Positions 50,701 to 64,000 of a DNA stretch of 64,000 nt are shown here, piece by piece. The stretch is from the human T2T-CHM13v2.0 reference genome, Homo sapiens. Every line of letters starts with the position of its first letter. Position 1 is the first letter of the stretch. A program made the position numbers and the translations under genes. The notes under the pieces were generated by a model. That model had not been told where the DNA came from and made no database searches. It worked only from the letters and a program-made list of their open reading frames with translations. The stretch is from the NCBI RefSeq assembly GCF_009914755.1, contig NC_060934.1. One strand, given 5' to 3'.

Positions 50701-51180
50701 CTAGGGACAGCAATGCAGCTGCCTGCTCTGGCACATGCCTCACTAATGGCATCTAAATAGACCAACTGCCTGTTGGTGAAGAAGACCTTCTCTCCCACTG
50801 CCAGTATGGAGCCCTGAAGACTGAGGGCTGAGAGCAGAGGAGTCTGGGTCAGGCCTCTGATCACTTTGTCTCTAAGCCACCTCCCTCACCTGGGCTGTCT
50901 GCCATCAGGCTCTCTGCAGCCTCTCCATCTCTGCCTCTGTGTCGTTTGTCCCTCCCCCAATCCTAGTTTTCCAAATTCTCTTCTAGGCTCTCATCCATTT
51001 ATTCATTAATCTATTTAACAATTACTTATTGCCAGAAATGGTGCAATTTTCTGGGATTCAATAGAAAGCAAGATTAGGCAGAGACCTTGCTTTCCTAAGT
51101 CATTAGGAGTGGATCGTGTATACTTCTGTCATCTCTGGGCCATTCAGAAACATCAGAAAAGGCAACCATCATTCCTTTCC
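47790..51180 (-). pseudogene. SFTPA3P: SFTPA3P block: part of last intron, CRD exon, 3' UTR and 3' flank of an SP-A gene
   Basis: Collinear with 9688-13072; no neck, collagen or 5' exons; distal AATAAA kept at 49143-49148, proximal one mutated. Confidence 0.93.
50459..50827 (-). pseudogene. SFTPA3P: SFTPA3P CRD exon
   Basis: [16 protein letters not shown]...; EPA changed to ELI; 8-nt deletion between ctg microrepeats (369 vs 377 nt) gives EMYTVE* with stop at 50502; acceptor intact. Confidence 0.95.
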
Positions 51181-51822
51181 GAAGACCTGAATGTCCACAC
51201 TCTTCTCTTCATCAAAAGGATATGACAACTGTAAATATATATGCACCCAACACCAGAACACCAAGATAAAAACAAATATTATTAGATGTAAAAGGAGAGA
51301 CAGACTCCAATACAATAATAATTGGGGACTTGAACAGTTTACTCTCTGCAGTGTTAGATCATTTAGACAGAACATCAACAAAAAAAAGTTGGTTTAAACT
51401 GTGTTGCAGACCAAACGGACCTAACAGACATTTGCAGAATATTTCATCTGACAGCTACAGAATACCCATTCTTCTTATCAGCACATGGAACATTCTCCAG
51501 GATACATTGTTTTAGGCTACAAAGTAAGAATCAATGAATGAAAATATTAAAATGATATCAAGAACTTTTTTGACCACAATGGAGTAAGAAGGAAATTTAA
51601 AAATTTCTCAAAACAAATGAAAATGGAAGCACAACATACCAAAACCTATGGTAGACAACACAAGCAGTGGTAAGAGGGAAATTTATAACATTACATGCCT
51701 ACATCAGAAAAGTAGAAAGATTTCAGATAAAAACTAAAATGCATCTTAAGGAACTAGAAAAGCAAGAAAAAAGCCAAACCCCAAATTAGTAAAAAGAGAG
51801 AAATTTTAAAAGTTGGAGCAGA

Positions 51823-52494
<672 letters not shown>

Positions 52495-52978
52495 TGAAAA
52501 GTTGGGTTTGTGAACAAATAAACATAATTCGCAAACCATTAGCTAGAAAATGTAAGAAAAAAAGAGAGAAGACCTATACAAAAATCAGAAACAAGAAAGG
52601 AGACATTATAACTGATACCACAGAAAGACAAAGGATCATTAAAGACTTCTATAAACAACTATGTATCAACAAATGGGAAAGCCTAGGGGAAATGGATAAA
52701 TTTCTGGATTCATACAACCTACTAAGATGAAACCAGGAAGAAATGGAAAGCCTGAACAACTAGAAATGAGTAATGAGGTTTAATCAGTAACAAAAATCTC
52801 CCATCAAAGAAAACTCTGGGACTGGAAGGCTTCACTGCTGAATTCTACCAAACTTTTAAAGAAGAAATAACACCAATTATTTTCAAGCTATTTAAGAAAA
52901 TTGAAGGGGGAGAAATTCTTCCAAACTCATTCCATGGGGCTACCATTATCCTGATACCAAAACCAGACAAAGACACAA

Positions 52979-53470
52979 CGTTACCACAACACCAGGGGTT
53001 CAGTCTAAGTCCCGCTGCTTGCCACACTGAAAACCAATCACTGAGACAATGAGCATTGCCAAGGAAAAGGGCTTCAATTGAGTTCTGCTGCCAAAGAGAT
53101 GGGTGATCAGTCTCAAATCCATCTCCCTGACCTGCTAAAATTAGGTTATATAGCAGTGAAGAAATGTAACCATGTGTGGGATAACAGGAATCAGGGAGGG
53201 CTAAAAAAGAGGAGTGGTCAACAGGAAGCAGGTGGTCAGTTAAGCAGTCATGACAGGTAATAAGTCTGATGTCTCATCCAAATGCAGTGATCTGGTGAGT
53301 TTCAACTCCTTAATACTGTCTGGGAGAGCTGATGGTTGTTTTCCCAAGAAAGGAACTCAGATAAGATAAACGTAACTTTTTCAAGTTTTTAAGACTAGGA
53401 GGATCAGTTTCTCTGCTTATTCAAAGAAACTATAAACATCAACTCTATGAGACAACTGGATAGGTTTTCA
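52979..53470 (-). mobile_element. ERV1-class solo LTR (MER4-group-like)
   Basis: About 490-bp non-L1 insert ending in ttca, absent from the paralogous L1; family assigned from memory. Confidence 0.65.
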
Positions 53471-54328
53471 GGGTTCAACTTAGGTAAATCAATTAATGTG
53501 ATACATTTTACATCAACAGAATGAAGGAGAAAACTATGTAATCATCTCAACAGATGCAGAAAAAGCATTTGAAAAAATTTAACATCCTTTATCATAAAAA
53601 TGCTCAACAAATCAGGTGTAGAAGGAATGTATTTCAAAACAGTTAAGGCCATATATGACAAATGCACAGCTACCATCATACTGAATGGGGAAAATTTTAA
53701 AGCTTTTCCTCTAAGATCTTGTACAAGACAAGGATGCCCACTTTCACTACTCTTATTCAAGATAGTATTAAAAATTCAAGCCAGGGCAACCAGTCAAGAG
53801 AAAGAAATAAAGAGTATCCAAATTGGAAAGGAGGAAATAAAATTATCCCTGTTTGCAGACAACACAATCTTGTATATAGAAAATTCTAAGTACTCCACCA
53901 AAAAACACTTAAATCTAGTAAATGAATTCAGTAAAGTTGCAAAATACAAAATCAACATGCAAAAATCAGTAGCATTTCTATAAATCAATAATGGGCTAGC
54001 TGAGAAAGAAATAAAAAAATCAGTCCGATTTACAATGGCTACAAAAAGTGAAATATCTAGGAGTAAGTTGAATGAAGGAGTGAAGAATCTCTACTAGGAA
54101 AACTATAAAACACTGAAGAAAAAAACTGAAGAGGATACAAAAAACCAGAAAACACTAAAGAAAAAGAACTGAAGAGGATACAAAAAAATGGAAAGACATC
54201 TCATGTTCAAAGCTTGGAAGAATTAATATTGATAAAAATGACCTTACTACCCAAAGTGATCTACAGATTCAATGCCATCCCTATTAAAATACCGATGACA
54301 TTCTTCACAGAACAAGAAAAAATAATCC

Positions 54329-55430
54329 TGGACAGGTGTGGTGGCTCACGCCTATAATCCTAGCACTTGGGAGGCTGAGGCAGAAGGATTGCTTGAGGTC
54401 AAAAATTCAAGACCAACCTGGCCAACATAGCGAGACCCCATGTGTTGCAGGAAGTCAGGGACCCCGAACGGAGGGACCGGCTGAAGCCATGGCAGAAGAA
54501 CATAAATTGTGAAGATTTCATGGACATTTATTACTTCCGCAATCAATACTCTTGTGATTTCCTATGCCTGTCTTTACTTTAATCTCTTAATCTCGTCGTC
54601 TTTGTAAATTGAGGATGTATATCCCCTCAGGACCATGTGATGATTGCATTGACTGCACAAATTGTTTGTAGAGCATGTGTGTTTGAACAATATGAAATCT
54701 GGGAACCTTAAGATCAGGGTAACAGCGATTTTCAGGGAACAAGGGAGATAACCTTAAAGTCTGGCTGCCTGTGGGCTGGGCAGGACAGAGCCATATTTCT
54801 CTTATTACCGAAAACGGATAAGATAAATATAACTGAATTATTTCGGTAAGGAATATTAATAATTTACTGCCCTGGGAAAAGAATGCATTCCCGGGGGGGC
54901 CTCTAAAATGGCCGCCCTGAGAATGTCTGCCTTATGCAGATGTAGATAGGGATGAAACACGCCCTAGTCTCCTGCAGCATCCCCAGGCTTGCTAGGATTT
55001 AGGAAATTCCAGCCTGGCGAATTCTAGTCAGACCAGTTCTCTGCCCTTGAACCCTGACAATGCGTGCACAGCGGGACATGGAAGTTCATTAGTGATTCTA
55101 GTTTTGCCCTGACCTTCTGCCTTGTGATCTTTTGTTGCCCTTGAAGCATGTGATCTCTGTGACCCGCACCCTACTCCTACACTCCCTCACTTTTGAAAAT
55201 TGCTAATAAAAACTTGCTGCTTTTACAGCTCAGGGGGCATCACAGAACCTGCCAACATGTGATGTCTCCCCCGGACACCCAGCTTTAAAAATTTCTCTTT
55301 TGTACTTTTTCCTTTTATTTCTCAGACTGGCCGACACTTAGGGAAAATAGAAAAGGACTCATGTTGAATTATTGGGGGTGGGTTCCCTCGATACCCATGT
55401 TTATTTTAAAAAAATGAAAAAGAAAAAAAT
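54329..55430 (+). mobile_element. Alu monomer (FLAM/AluJ left arm) split by an LTR
   Basis: Body at 54329-54442; A-rich tail resumes after 55399. Confidence 0.8.
54443..55393 (+). mobile_element. MER11 (HERV-K11/HML-8) solo LTR
   Basis: Starts tgttgcaggaagtcagggaccccgaacggagggaccggctgaagcc; internal AATAAA; 6-bp TSD cccatg at 54437-54442 and 55394-55399. Confidence 0.88.
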
Positions 55431-58188
55431 CATAAAGTTTGTGTGGAACTATAAAAAACCAAGTAGTCAAAGTAATCCTGAGCAAAAAATGAAAAGTTGA
55501 AGGCATCACATTACCTGACTTCATAATGTACTACAAATCTATGATAACCAAAACAGCATAGTACTCGTATAAAAACAGATGCATAGACCAATGGAACAGA
55601 ATAGAGAACACAGAAATAAATTTACATATTTATAGCCAACTGATTTCTGGCAATGGCACCAATAACATACATTGGGGGAAAGGACAATAAATGTTCAATA
55701 AATGGTGCTGGGAAAACTGAATATTCATATGCAGAAGAATGAAACTAGACCCCTATCTCTTATACATTAAAAAAAAACATGAAATGGATTAAAGCCTTAA
55801 ACATAAGACCCAAAGGTATGAAACTAGTAGGAAAAAGCATAGGAGAAGTGCTTCAGGATATTGGTCTGGATGAAGATTTTATGGAGAGACCTCAAAAGTA
55901 CTGGGAACAAAAACCAAAAATAAGCCAATATGGTTATATCAAACTAAAAAGCTTCTGCACAGAAAAGAAAACAATCAACTGAGTGAAGAGACGGCCTGCA
56001 GAGTGGGAGAAATATCCACAAGCTATTCATCCAATAAGGGATTAATATCCTGAATATAAAAGGAACTCAAACAATTCCACAGCAAAACATTCAAATAATC
56101 CAATTTAAAAATAGGCAAATGATCTGAACAGACACTTCTCAAAAGAAGACATAAAAATGGCCACGTATATAAATGACACTCAATATCTCTATTCCTAAGA
56201 TAAATGCAAATGAAACCAAAATAAATTATCTCACCCCAGGTAGACTGGCTTTTATCAATAAGACAAAAAAGAATAAATACTGGTGCGGGTGCAGAGAAAA
56301 GGGAACTCATACACTGTTGGTGGAAATGGAAAGTACTACAGCCATTATGGAAAGCAAAATGAAGCTTTCTTGAAAACCTAAAACTAGAACTATCATATAA
56401 TCTAGCAATCCCACTACTGGGTATTCAAAGAAAAGGAACCCAGTATGTTAAAGAGGTATCTACCCTCCTATGTTTATTGCGGAGCTATTCATAATAGCCA
56501 AGATATGGAATCAACCTAAGTGTCTATCAGTGAATGAATGGATTTAAAACATGTAGTAACTAAACACAATGGAATACAGTTCATCCATAAGAAAGAATAA
56601 AATTCTGCCATTCATAGCAACATGGGTGAGCCATTATGTTAAGTGAAATAAAGCCAGGAAAAGAAAATTAAACACAGCATGTTCTCACTCATTTGTGGAT
56701 GCTAAGAAAACTTAGTTAATCTCATAGAAGTAAACATAGAACAGTAAGTAAACAGTAGAACAGAATATATTAGAGGCTGGGAAGATTAAGGGGAATGAGA
56801 AATGGGAAAGGTGGGGCAATGGGTACAAAATTACAGCTAGATAGGAGAAATGAGTTGTAGCCTTCTTTAGCGCTGTAGGGTGACCATAGCCAACAAAAAA
56901 ATTATGTATACTTTCAAATAGCTAAAAGAGAGGATTTTGAATGTTATCAACACAAAACAGTAAGTTTTTGAGGTGATGAATATGCTGCTTACCTTGATTT
57001 CATCATTGCACATTACATACATGTATCAAAATAGTCCACTGTGCCCATATGTATGTAAAATAATTGTGTCAAAAATAACATTTTTTAAATTAAAAAGATA
57101 GTAAAGAATATATTACCAGAAGTAAAAACAAACAAACTCCAAGAAAAGACTATAGTTACAATTATATCCCTATGTGTCAATCTGAAAAGATGGCTGGCAT
57201 ATGTAAGAGAAAACACTAATTGTAGAACAGTATATGCAGTATGATCTTATTGGTGCAAAGTAAGAGAATGTGTGTGTGTGTGTCTGCACGTGTGTGTTCC
57301 TGAGCCTATTTCTTTGAAGACAGTTGCTGCCACCTGCCAGTTTCAATTCCTCCAAGGTGCAGAATGGGAAAACCTCTCTCCCTCTCCTCAAAACCTCAGT
57401 AAAGCATGATGTATTTCTCTGGGGTTTGGAAGGTTCAAAATGTTCAGGGCAGAAAGAAGGGTGACAAGGCTGCATTGGCAAAAATGAAAATAAAAACAAG
57501 TAATGTGATTTTTAAGGCAAATTGGATGCTATTTCTAGGCAACAGAAATATATTTACAGTGTTATTCTTTTTAAAAATAAAATGGCATTATTAGAGAGGC
57601 ATCAATGTAATATATATGTATGTAAACATACAGCACACAATATATGTGTGTGTATATATATGTATATAATGCATACACACATATTTGCTTAGTTTACTGG
57701 CTGCCTCAGCAAAGAAAAGCCTCAACTTCCATCCCCTTCATGTGGCTGAGCTGTCCCTTAGATTCTGACATTATAAGCGATTTTGAAATATATCCATGAT
57801 TAGTAAATTAATTTGTGCATTCCCTTGTCTTCATGTACAGGTAGAATAAGCATGTTCCTCTGACTCTGGGAAGGTTCTAGCAGAGGACTGAGCTGGAAAG
57901 AAGATTTCTGGTAATTCTGGCAATCCATGTAACCCCTGTCATCCTCAGCTGACTGAAGTATGGAATGGGGATTTACTCTCTATACAACTCATAGAGTGCT
58001 GTGATGATCCAAAGTGACAGAAAGATCCAGCAGTCACAGACAGCCTCCTCCTACTGCTAGCACCCAGGGCAGCTGGAAAAGGGGGCAGGGGAAGGGTCCC
58101 CTGAGCACTAAGAGAGAGGCCTCAAATATGCAGAGAAGCCCATGCACTGTCCTTAGTGCCTGTACATGGCCTCCACTCTGCACCCCTT

Positions 58189-58973
58189 TGAAACGGGAGA
58201 GTCCCCTGATCCCCCTCACAGGATGCATGACAGGGGTGTGGCTCACCTGTTTGGTTGCCCCACTGCTCAAACCCCTAGGGGGAGCATGCAGATGGGCAGG
58301 TTCAGAGGCTGGGGTGAGTGCTTTGGGCTCCAGCTGTTCAGTAGAGTCTAGGGATGGGTGCCTGTAATCCTGGTGTTACAAAACTCTTTCAGTTTTGCAT
58401 ACGCAGGTGGCTTGAGTGTTAATCAGCTCAATGGACCCTCTGCCTTATCCTAAGGGCAGAGGGCCTGTGTGACAGCTTTCTGTATCCCAAGCTTTCACCC
58501 AGCATCCTGGAAGAATCAGATCACATGTGGGCTTGAAGGATGAGTGCAAGATTTTATTGAGTGGTGGAGGTGGCTCTCAGTGAGATGGATTGGGGACTGG
58601 AAAGGGAAATGGAGTGGGAAGGTGATCTTCCCTTGGAGGCGGGCCATCCAGTAGCTGGTATCTTCTCCGATCGCCCCTGGGCAAACTCCCCTCAGTGTTC
58701 AGATGTTCCTCCTCTTCTCTCTCTCTCTGCCACGTCGTTCCACTGTCCATCTGCTTGTCTGCTAGTCTGCTGGTCTGCTTCTGGAGCCTGGGGTTCAAGG
58801 TTTATATGGTTGCAGGATAGGGGTTGTGGCAGAACAAAAGGCAACTTTTTGGTCATGAAAACAGAAATGTCTTTTCTCATTTAGGGCCACAGGTCTTCAG
58901 GCTTGAGGGTGGGGTCTTTGTTGGGGAGTCACCCTTTTTTTACCCAGTGTGTCACTGTCTCCTGTCATTATCA
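58189..58973 (-). mobile_element. 3' LTR of an ERV1 provirus (LTR9/MER52-like, HUERS-P3-related)
   Basis: TGA...TTTCA ends, preceded by polypurine tract agaggaggggaa; TATA-like and AATAAA motifs inside. Exact family uncertain. Confidence 0.8.
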
Positions 58974-61900
58974 TTCCCCTCCTCTGAAGAGGCACATCTA
59001 ACTGCCTTTAGAATATGGACGATGACCAGTCTTAGCTACTTCCTGCTGACAGGGGGAGTTGTTTTGGGGAAAATGTCAGTCAGATTCCTCCCAGACGTCT
59101 ATCTAAAGGTCCCTGACAAAAGGGAGCCATCATCTGAGGCTCTGATTGCCTGATCATCTTGAGTTTGATAACCTCTAAGTGAGAGAGGAAAAAAAAAGTT
59201 TTATAAGATTAAGTAGGCATGGGTTAAAATTGTGTATTATACAAGGAAAGAATCTAGTGCCAAAGATTACAGAAATAAGAAGTAAAATATACTAATTACC
59301 CTGAAAACACTATTGTACCCCGTGGTATAGAACAGAACAAAGGTAAGAACCACAAGCATAGGCAAGACTACAAAGAGGACATACATGAAATGTTAATTAA
59401 CACTAACCTTTTGTGATTTTTAGTTTGAGTACCCTGATCTCTTCACAATGGTATTTTGGGTGCTCCTCTAGGTTGAAAGAGGTGACTCTGTTGGCTTCCC
59501 AGGCCTTTACTTGAGTATAATGAATCCAAGAGTCTATTCTGGTGACCTTGACCTTCACCACCACAGGAGTGAAAAGAAGTACAGTGCAAGGTCCCTCCCA
59601 ACCAGGGCATATTGAGAGAGAAAGGTAAGGAAGTACCTTTACCAGTACTAGGTCCCCTGGGTTGAATAGAGGTGGGCCTGGTTCGTGGGATTGGGCCTTC
59701 AACAGTTGTTTCAGTTCCTGTTGGAAATGGACCAAAGAGGTTATGTGCTTAATTAAAACAAAGGTTTCTTGGTCTAGCAAGAAATCATTCATGAGAAAAT
59801 GTCATCCATACATAGTCTCAAAGAGACTCAAACCCAGACTTGAAGGAGTGTTTCTGATATATAGCAGGACTATGGAAAGAAGAGTAGTCCAGGGGAGATG
59901 AGTCTCCTGAGACAGTTTCTTGAGGTGCCTTTTGATAATATCATTTTTGTCTTTTCTACCTTTCCTGAGGATTGTGGTCTCCAAACACAATGAAGATGGT
60001 ACTGTATGCCTAGTGCCTTTGAGACCCCCTGGGTGACAGCTGCCTTGAACGAGGGGCCATTATTGCTCTGGAGGTACTTAGGGGGTCCAAAGTGAGGAAT
60101 TATCTCATTGATTAGTACTATTATCACCTCAGAGGCTTTCTCTGTCTGACATGGAAATGCTTCTACTCAGTTAGTGAAGGTATCTATCCACACTAGGAGG
60201 TACTGGATGCCCCTTACCTTTGGCATATGGGTGAAATCCATTTGCCAGTCTTCCCCTAGGTAGCCTTGGAGAAGACACTATTAATTAAGGGGATTGTTTT
60301 TAAGGCAGGTCTTGCAAGCATTAACAACCTGTTTAACTGTTTGTATCAGGTTTTTATCTGAGAACAATCTGAGCCAGTCAGTAGGTTTTATCTGTACCTA
60401 GGTGGAAGGCCTGGAGAAGGCTTTTAAGAACTTTCCATTGGTTGCCAGCTGGTAGATGAAGCATGCCATCCTAAGAGGTGTCCCATTCTATTTCCATAGG
60501 AGAGTATTGAGGTTTTATTTCTCTGATGGGGGCCCTCCAAGATCAGTAAGGCTTCAAGTGGGTCAGAGACCTGGGGCCCCCTTGCTGCTGCTAGCTGCTC
60601 AGTCTAGCTAGCTGCTCATAAAGCAGGTGTGAAATAGTTACTCTGAATGATATTGTTGAGAGCACACCTCTCTCCTCAGGCACAAGTGCTCAACTGGCCA
60701 AACTAATTACCCTCATGAGAGCACTTGAATTAGGCAAAGGAAAAACAGTTAACATTTATACTGATTCTAAGTATGCTTTCCTAGTTCTCCACACCCATGC
60801 CACTATCTGGAAAGACAGGAACTTCCTCACAGCTAATGGGTATCCCATTAAATGCCATCAGGAAATTAATAGACTATTTTGCTCAGTTTTCCTCCCACAG
60901 GAAGCGGCTCAGCCCCTAGCTGCTCAGTCTGCCAGCCCGTTTCCCTCAGCTATTTCATCCATCCCTCTTTGGTGGCCTTTACAATGTATTACTGCCACTT
61001 CCTGTGCGTAAGAATCCCCTCGGTTGCTTGAGTGTTTGGGGAGGAGAAAGGAGGAGATAGGTTTAATCCTTTCTTCGCCCAATGCCCTGGTCCCCTCTGA
61101 CAAGACCAGGCTTAGGTGCTTCACTGAAGTCTGACAGAGCTGAGCTTCAGATTTTGAAACATTATATCCTCTGTTAGCAAGAAAATTAAGAGGAGCCTTA
61201 CTGCCCTTCTGAGAGATTTCCTCAGTTGGAGTGCAAAAGAGAAGGTCCTCCATGTATTGCAAAACTTTGACCTGAGGATAAAGGAACTTGGAGAGATCTC
61301 TCCATAATGCCTGCCCAAACAAGTGGGAGCTGTCTTGGAATCCCTGAGGTAACATTGTCCAGGTTAACAGGGTGGTTTGGTTAGAGGGATCCTCAAATTC
61401 AAACAAATACTGGGAGTTGTGGTATAATGGTATGCAGAAGAAGGCATCCTTTAGGTCCAGGAACCATTTAGTTCCCTCAGGTATTTGAGCTAGCAGGGTA
61501 TACGGATTGGGAATCATTGAATGTATTGGAACCACAGCCTCATTAACAAGGAGGTGGTTCTGAACTAGCCTCCATTTCTAGTTGGGTTTTTGTACCCCCA
61601 ATATTGGGGTATTACAAGGGCTATTGCAGGGTTTGAGTGGGCCCTCCATCTTCAAGTTATCAATGATGGCTTCTAGTCCTTTCCTAACCTCTAGTTTCAG
61701 GGGATATTGTTTCTGGTTAGGAAAGGAGGTGGGATCCTTAAGATGGACCCAGACTGGTATGGTAGTTGTGGCTCTGACAATCTTCCCTAGAGTTGCCCAA
61801 ACTTCTGGGTTAATATTGGTCTCTACTAGGATGAGACAAAGAGTTTCCCTAGGGGCCATCAGAATGATGGTCCCCACATGGGCCGGAATATCCCTACCCA

Positions 61901-63736
61901 ACAGAGGAGTTGGGCTTTCAGGCATAATTAGAAAAGCTTTGGTGAACAACCCCAGGTACAACTAAGGGGTTGGAAAAAATATCGGGTTAAAGACCTTCCT
62001 GAGATGTCCCTCACAGTCATGCTAAGAGAGGAGAGGGGGCCTGGATTCAAGAGGAGAACTGAGAGACCAGTCCCAGTGTCCAAAAGGAGGTCCACTTTCC
62101 TCTCTTCGATTTCCATGATTACCCAGGGCACCTTGATGATAATGGTGGTCTGGACTACAGGAGCCAGGAGAGGAGCCCTGGGACCTGTCAGTCCTGCTGC
62201 TGGACCATTTGGAAGACTGGCTCTGGACCTGGTGACCAGCATGCCCAGGAACAGTCCACCCTCCAGTGGTCCCCACTGCAGATTGGACAGGGTTGAGGTA
62301 GCTTCCTCATGCTGTCTGAGAAATTCTTGAAATGCCCTGATTTGCCACATCTGTAGCAATTGACAGGTGCACCCTGGGAATTCTGGGGTTTGTGGGCTTG
62401 TCTGCTGGCCATTAAAGTCTCTGTCTCTTTCCTGTATTTCCTCTCTCTCTTGTGCCTACCTATCTCTATTATAAAAAACCAAGGTGGGTACTTTCAGAAG
62501 GTTCTCTAAAGTACTCTCTTGTCCCAGAGCCTGTTTTGTAGCTTCCTCCTGATATCAGGGGCTGCCTGAGTAGTAAATTTATGCTTTAGGATTGGTTGTC
62601 CCTCAGCTGAATCAGGGGATAGACAGGTGTGCTTTACTAAGGCCTCCCTTGGCCTTTCCAGGAAGGCAGTGGGATTTTCATCAAATCCCTGGTCAATCAT
62701 GGATGATTTAGTATAATTGAGAGGCTTGGTCCTGGTCTTACATAAGCCCTCCATTATGCACACCTGAAAGTGCCTCCTCTTCCAGGCTTCCATCTTGTCA
62801 TTGGAATCCTATTTAGGGTAATCCATTGATACTGCTTCTCTCCCAGTTGGATAATGTTTGCCCCCTTCCCTGACACTATATGTGATACTAAGCTCATCCC
62901 CAAATCTCTCTGCTGCTTGCAGAGCAGGCTGCTTCTCAGTGTCTGTCAAGGTCTGGTTCAAAAGCAACATAATGTCTCTCCAGGAGAGATCAAATATTTG
63001 GGTGAAATTCTGGAAAGCCTCTATATATCTGTCGGGGTCATCTGAAAAGTTCCCAAGATCCCCCTTAATTCACTTTAAGTCCTGTAGGGAGGAGGGGAAC
63101 TGGACCTTACTGGGCCCAAATTCACCAGGCATTGGTTGAAGGGGCAAGAGTGAGGTTGGGGCTTGTCTAGGGTGAGGATTTTTAGGAGGGGGCAAGTGAG
63201 AGGCTGAAGCTGAATAGGGAGGTCGAGGTAGACCCAGAGGGGAAGAGCTGGAGGGGGCTGGCTTCTCTGCTTGGGGTGCCTCTGGGATTCATATCTTTAG
63301 TTTCCTAGGCTTGCCCCTTGCAGTCCTCCCTGAGATGGCAAACAGGAGGGCTGTATCAATCCTACACTGTCAGCAAAGGTCTGGATTGCCTTGCAAGGTA
63401 TAGAAAACCTGCACATATGGGACCTCAGACCATTTGTCTTCATGTATACAGAAAAGGCCTGATCACCGGATACTATCGAAATGAAAGGTTCATTCCTGAG
63501 GTCCACCCGGTCCTTCATAATTTGGCCAAACCTTTGTGCAGAGGGCTATGAGGCATTTTTCTTCCAGATTAAGAGGATCAAAGCAGTCCCATTGGTTCTG
63601 GATACACTCCAGAGGGGTATAAGCTGGGAGTGGTGAAGAGAGATGGTTGCCTATTCTGAAAGACAGAGAATAGAGGCATGCCTCATTCCCTTCCTTCTTT
63701 AGTGAAAACTCAGGGTGTGATGGAGAGAGAAAGCAA
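58974..63736 (-). mobile_element. Defective gammaretrovirus-like ERV internal region: gag-pro-pol, no env, no 5' LTR
   Basis: Gag zinc knuckle CYRCGKSGHF, protease LLDTG, RT LDLKDAFF/LPQGF/LQYMEDL, RNase H NIYTDSKYAF, integrase LQSNNGPSF and SWIHYTQVK. Confidence 0.93.
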
Positions 63737-64000
63737 GACTGTGGACTCTGAGGTGGCTTGGCATGGGCGCCCAAGGACTGGCAGTGTGAAGAGGATATCC
63801 CTGCAGAGGGAAGAAGCCCAACGTGGAGGGTGAGGCCCCGAGGAGAACGAGAAAGATACTGAAGGAGAGCGGACTGGACCGGCGGGGGCAGTGGAGCCTA
63901 AGCAGGGGGAGGAGGCTGTGGACACAGCTGAGTGGCCTGGTGTGGGCACTCGGAACTCAGCAGGAACTACAGCAATTCTTAGAGCTAAGAGTGACAAATT

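Noticed and set aside
50502-50864. 120-aa ORF as a stand-alone lectin from SFTPA3P
   Set aside because: Starts in intron sequence at a non-ATG codon, lacks EPA, WND and two Cys, and has no promoter or signal peptide.
59403-62793. ERV gag/pol ORFs as a domesticated gene
   Set aside because: Fragmented frames, catalytic motifs altered (YMED, SNNG), RNase H rearranged and no 5' LTR.

Overview
Primate (human) genomic DNA from the lung collectin cluster, recognisable as 10q22.3. It contains the complete SFTPA2 gene on the minus strand (248-aa surfactant protein A2; coding alleles Asn9/Ala91/Ser140-TCC/Gln223) with its TATA, GT-box, TTF-1 and CRE-like promoter elements. It also holds two minus-strand collectin pseudogenes: MBL3P (a broken MBL-A/MBL1-type gene, 37.4-40.0 kb) and SFTPA3P (CRD exon plus 3' UTR only, 49-51 kb). 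From 51.2 kb to the end lies an inverted paralogous copy of the SFTPA2 upstream flank, so the window should stop about 2 kb before the SFTPA1 promoter. The rest is mostly L1, Alu, MIR, L2, DNA-transposon and LTR/ERV relics. I found no new protein-coding gene and no new enzymatic system. The unusual content is structural: a probable ~360-bp target-site duplication around an old L1, Alu insertions that bracket the age of the SFTPA1/SFTPA2 duplication, conversion-like patches between SFTPA2 and SFTPA3P, two L1PA copies sharing a frameshift, an ERV with an inverted RNase H block, and several short templated inverted duplications. All alignments, mismatch counts and repeat-family calls were made by eye and from recalled consensus sequences, and need computational confirmation.
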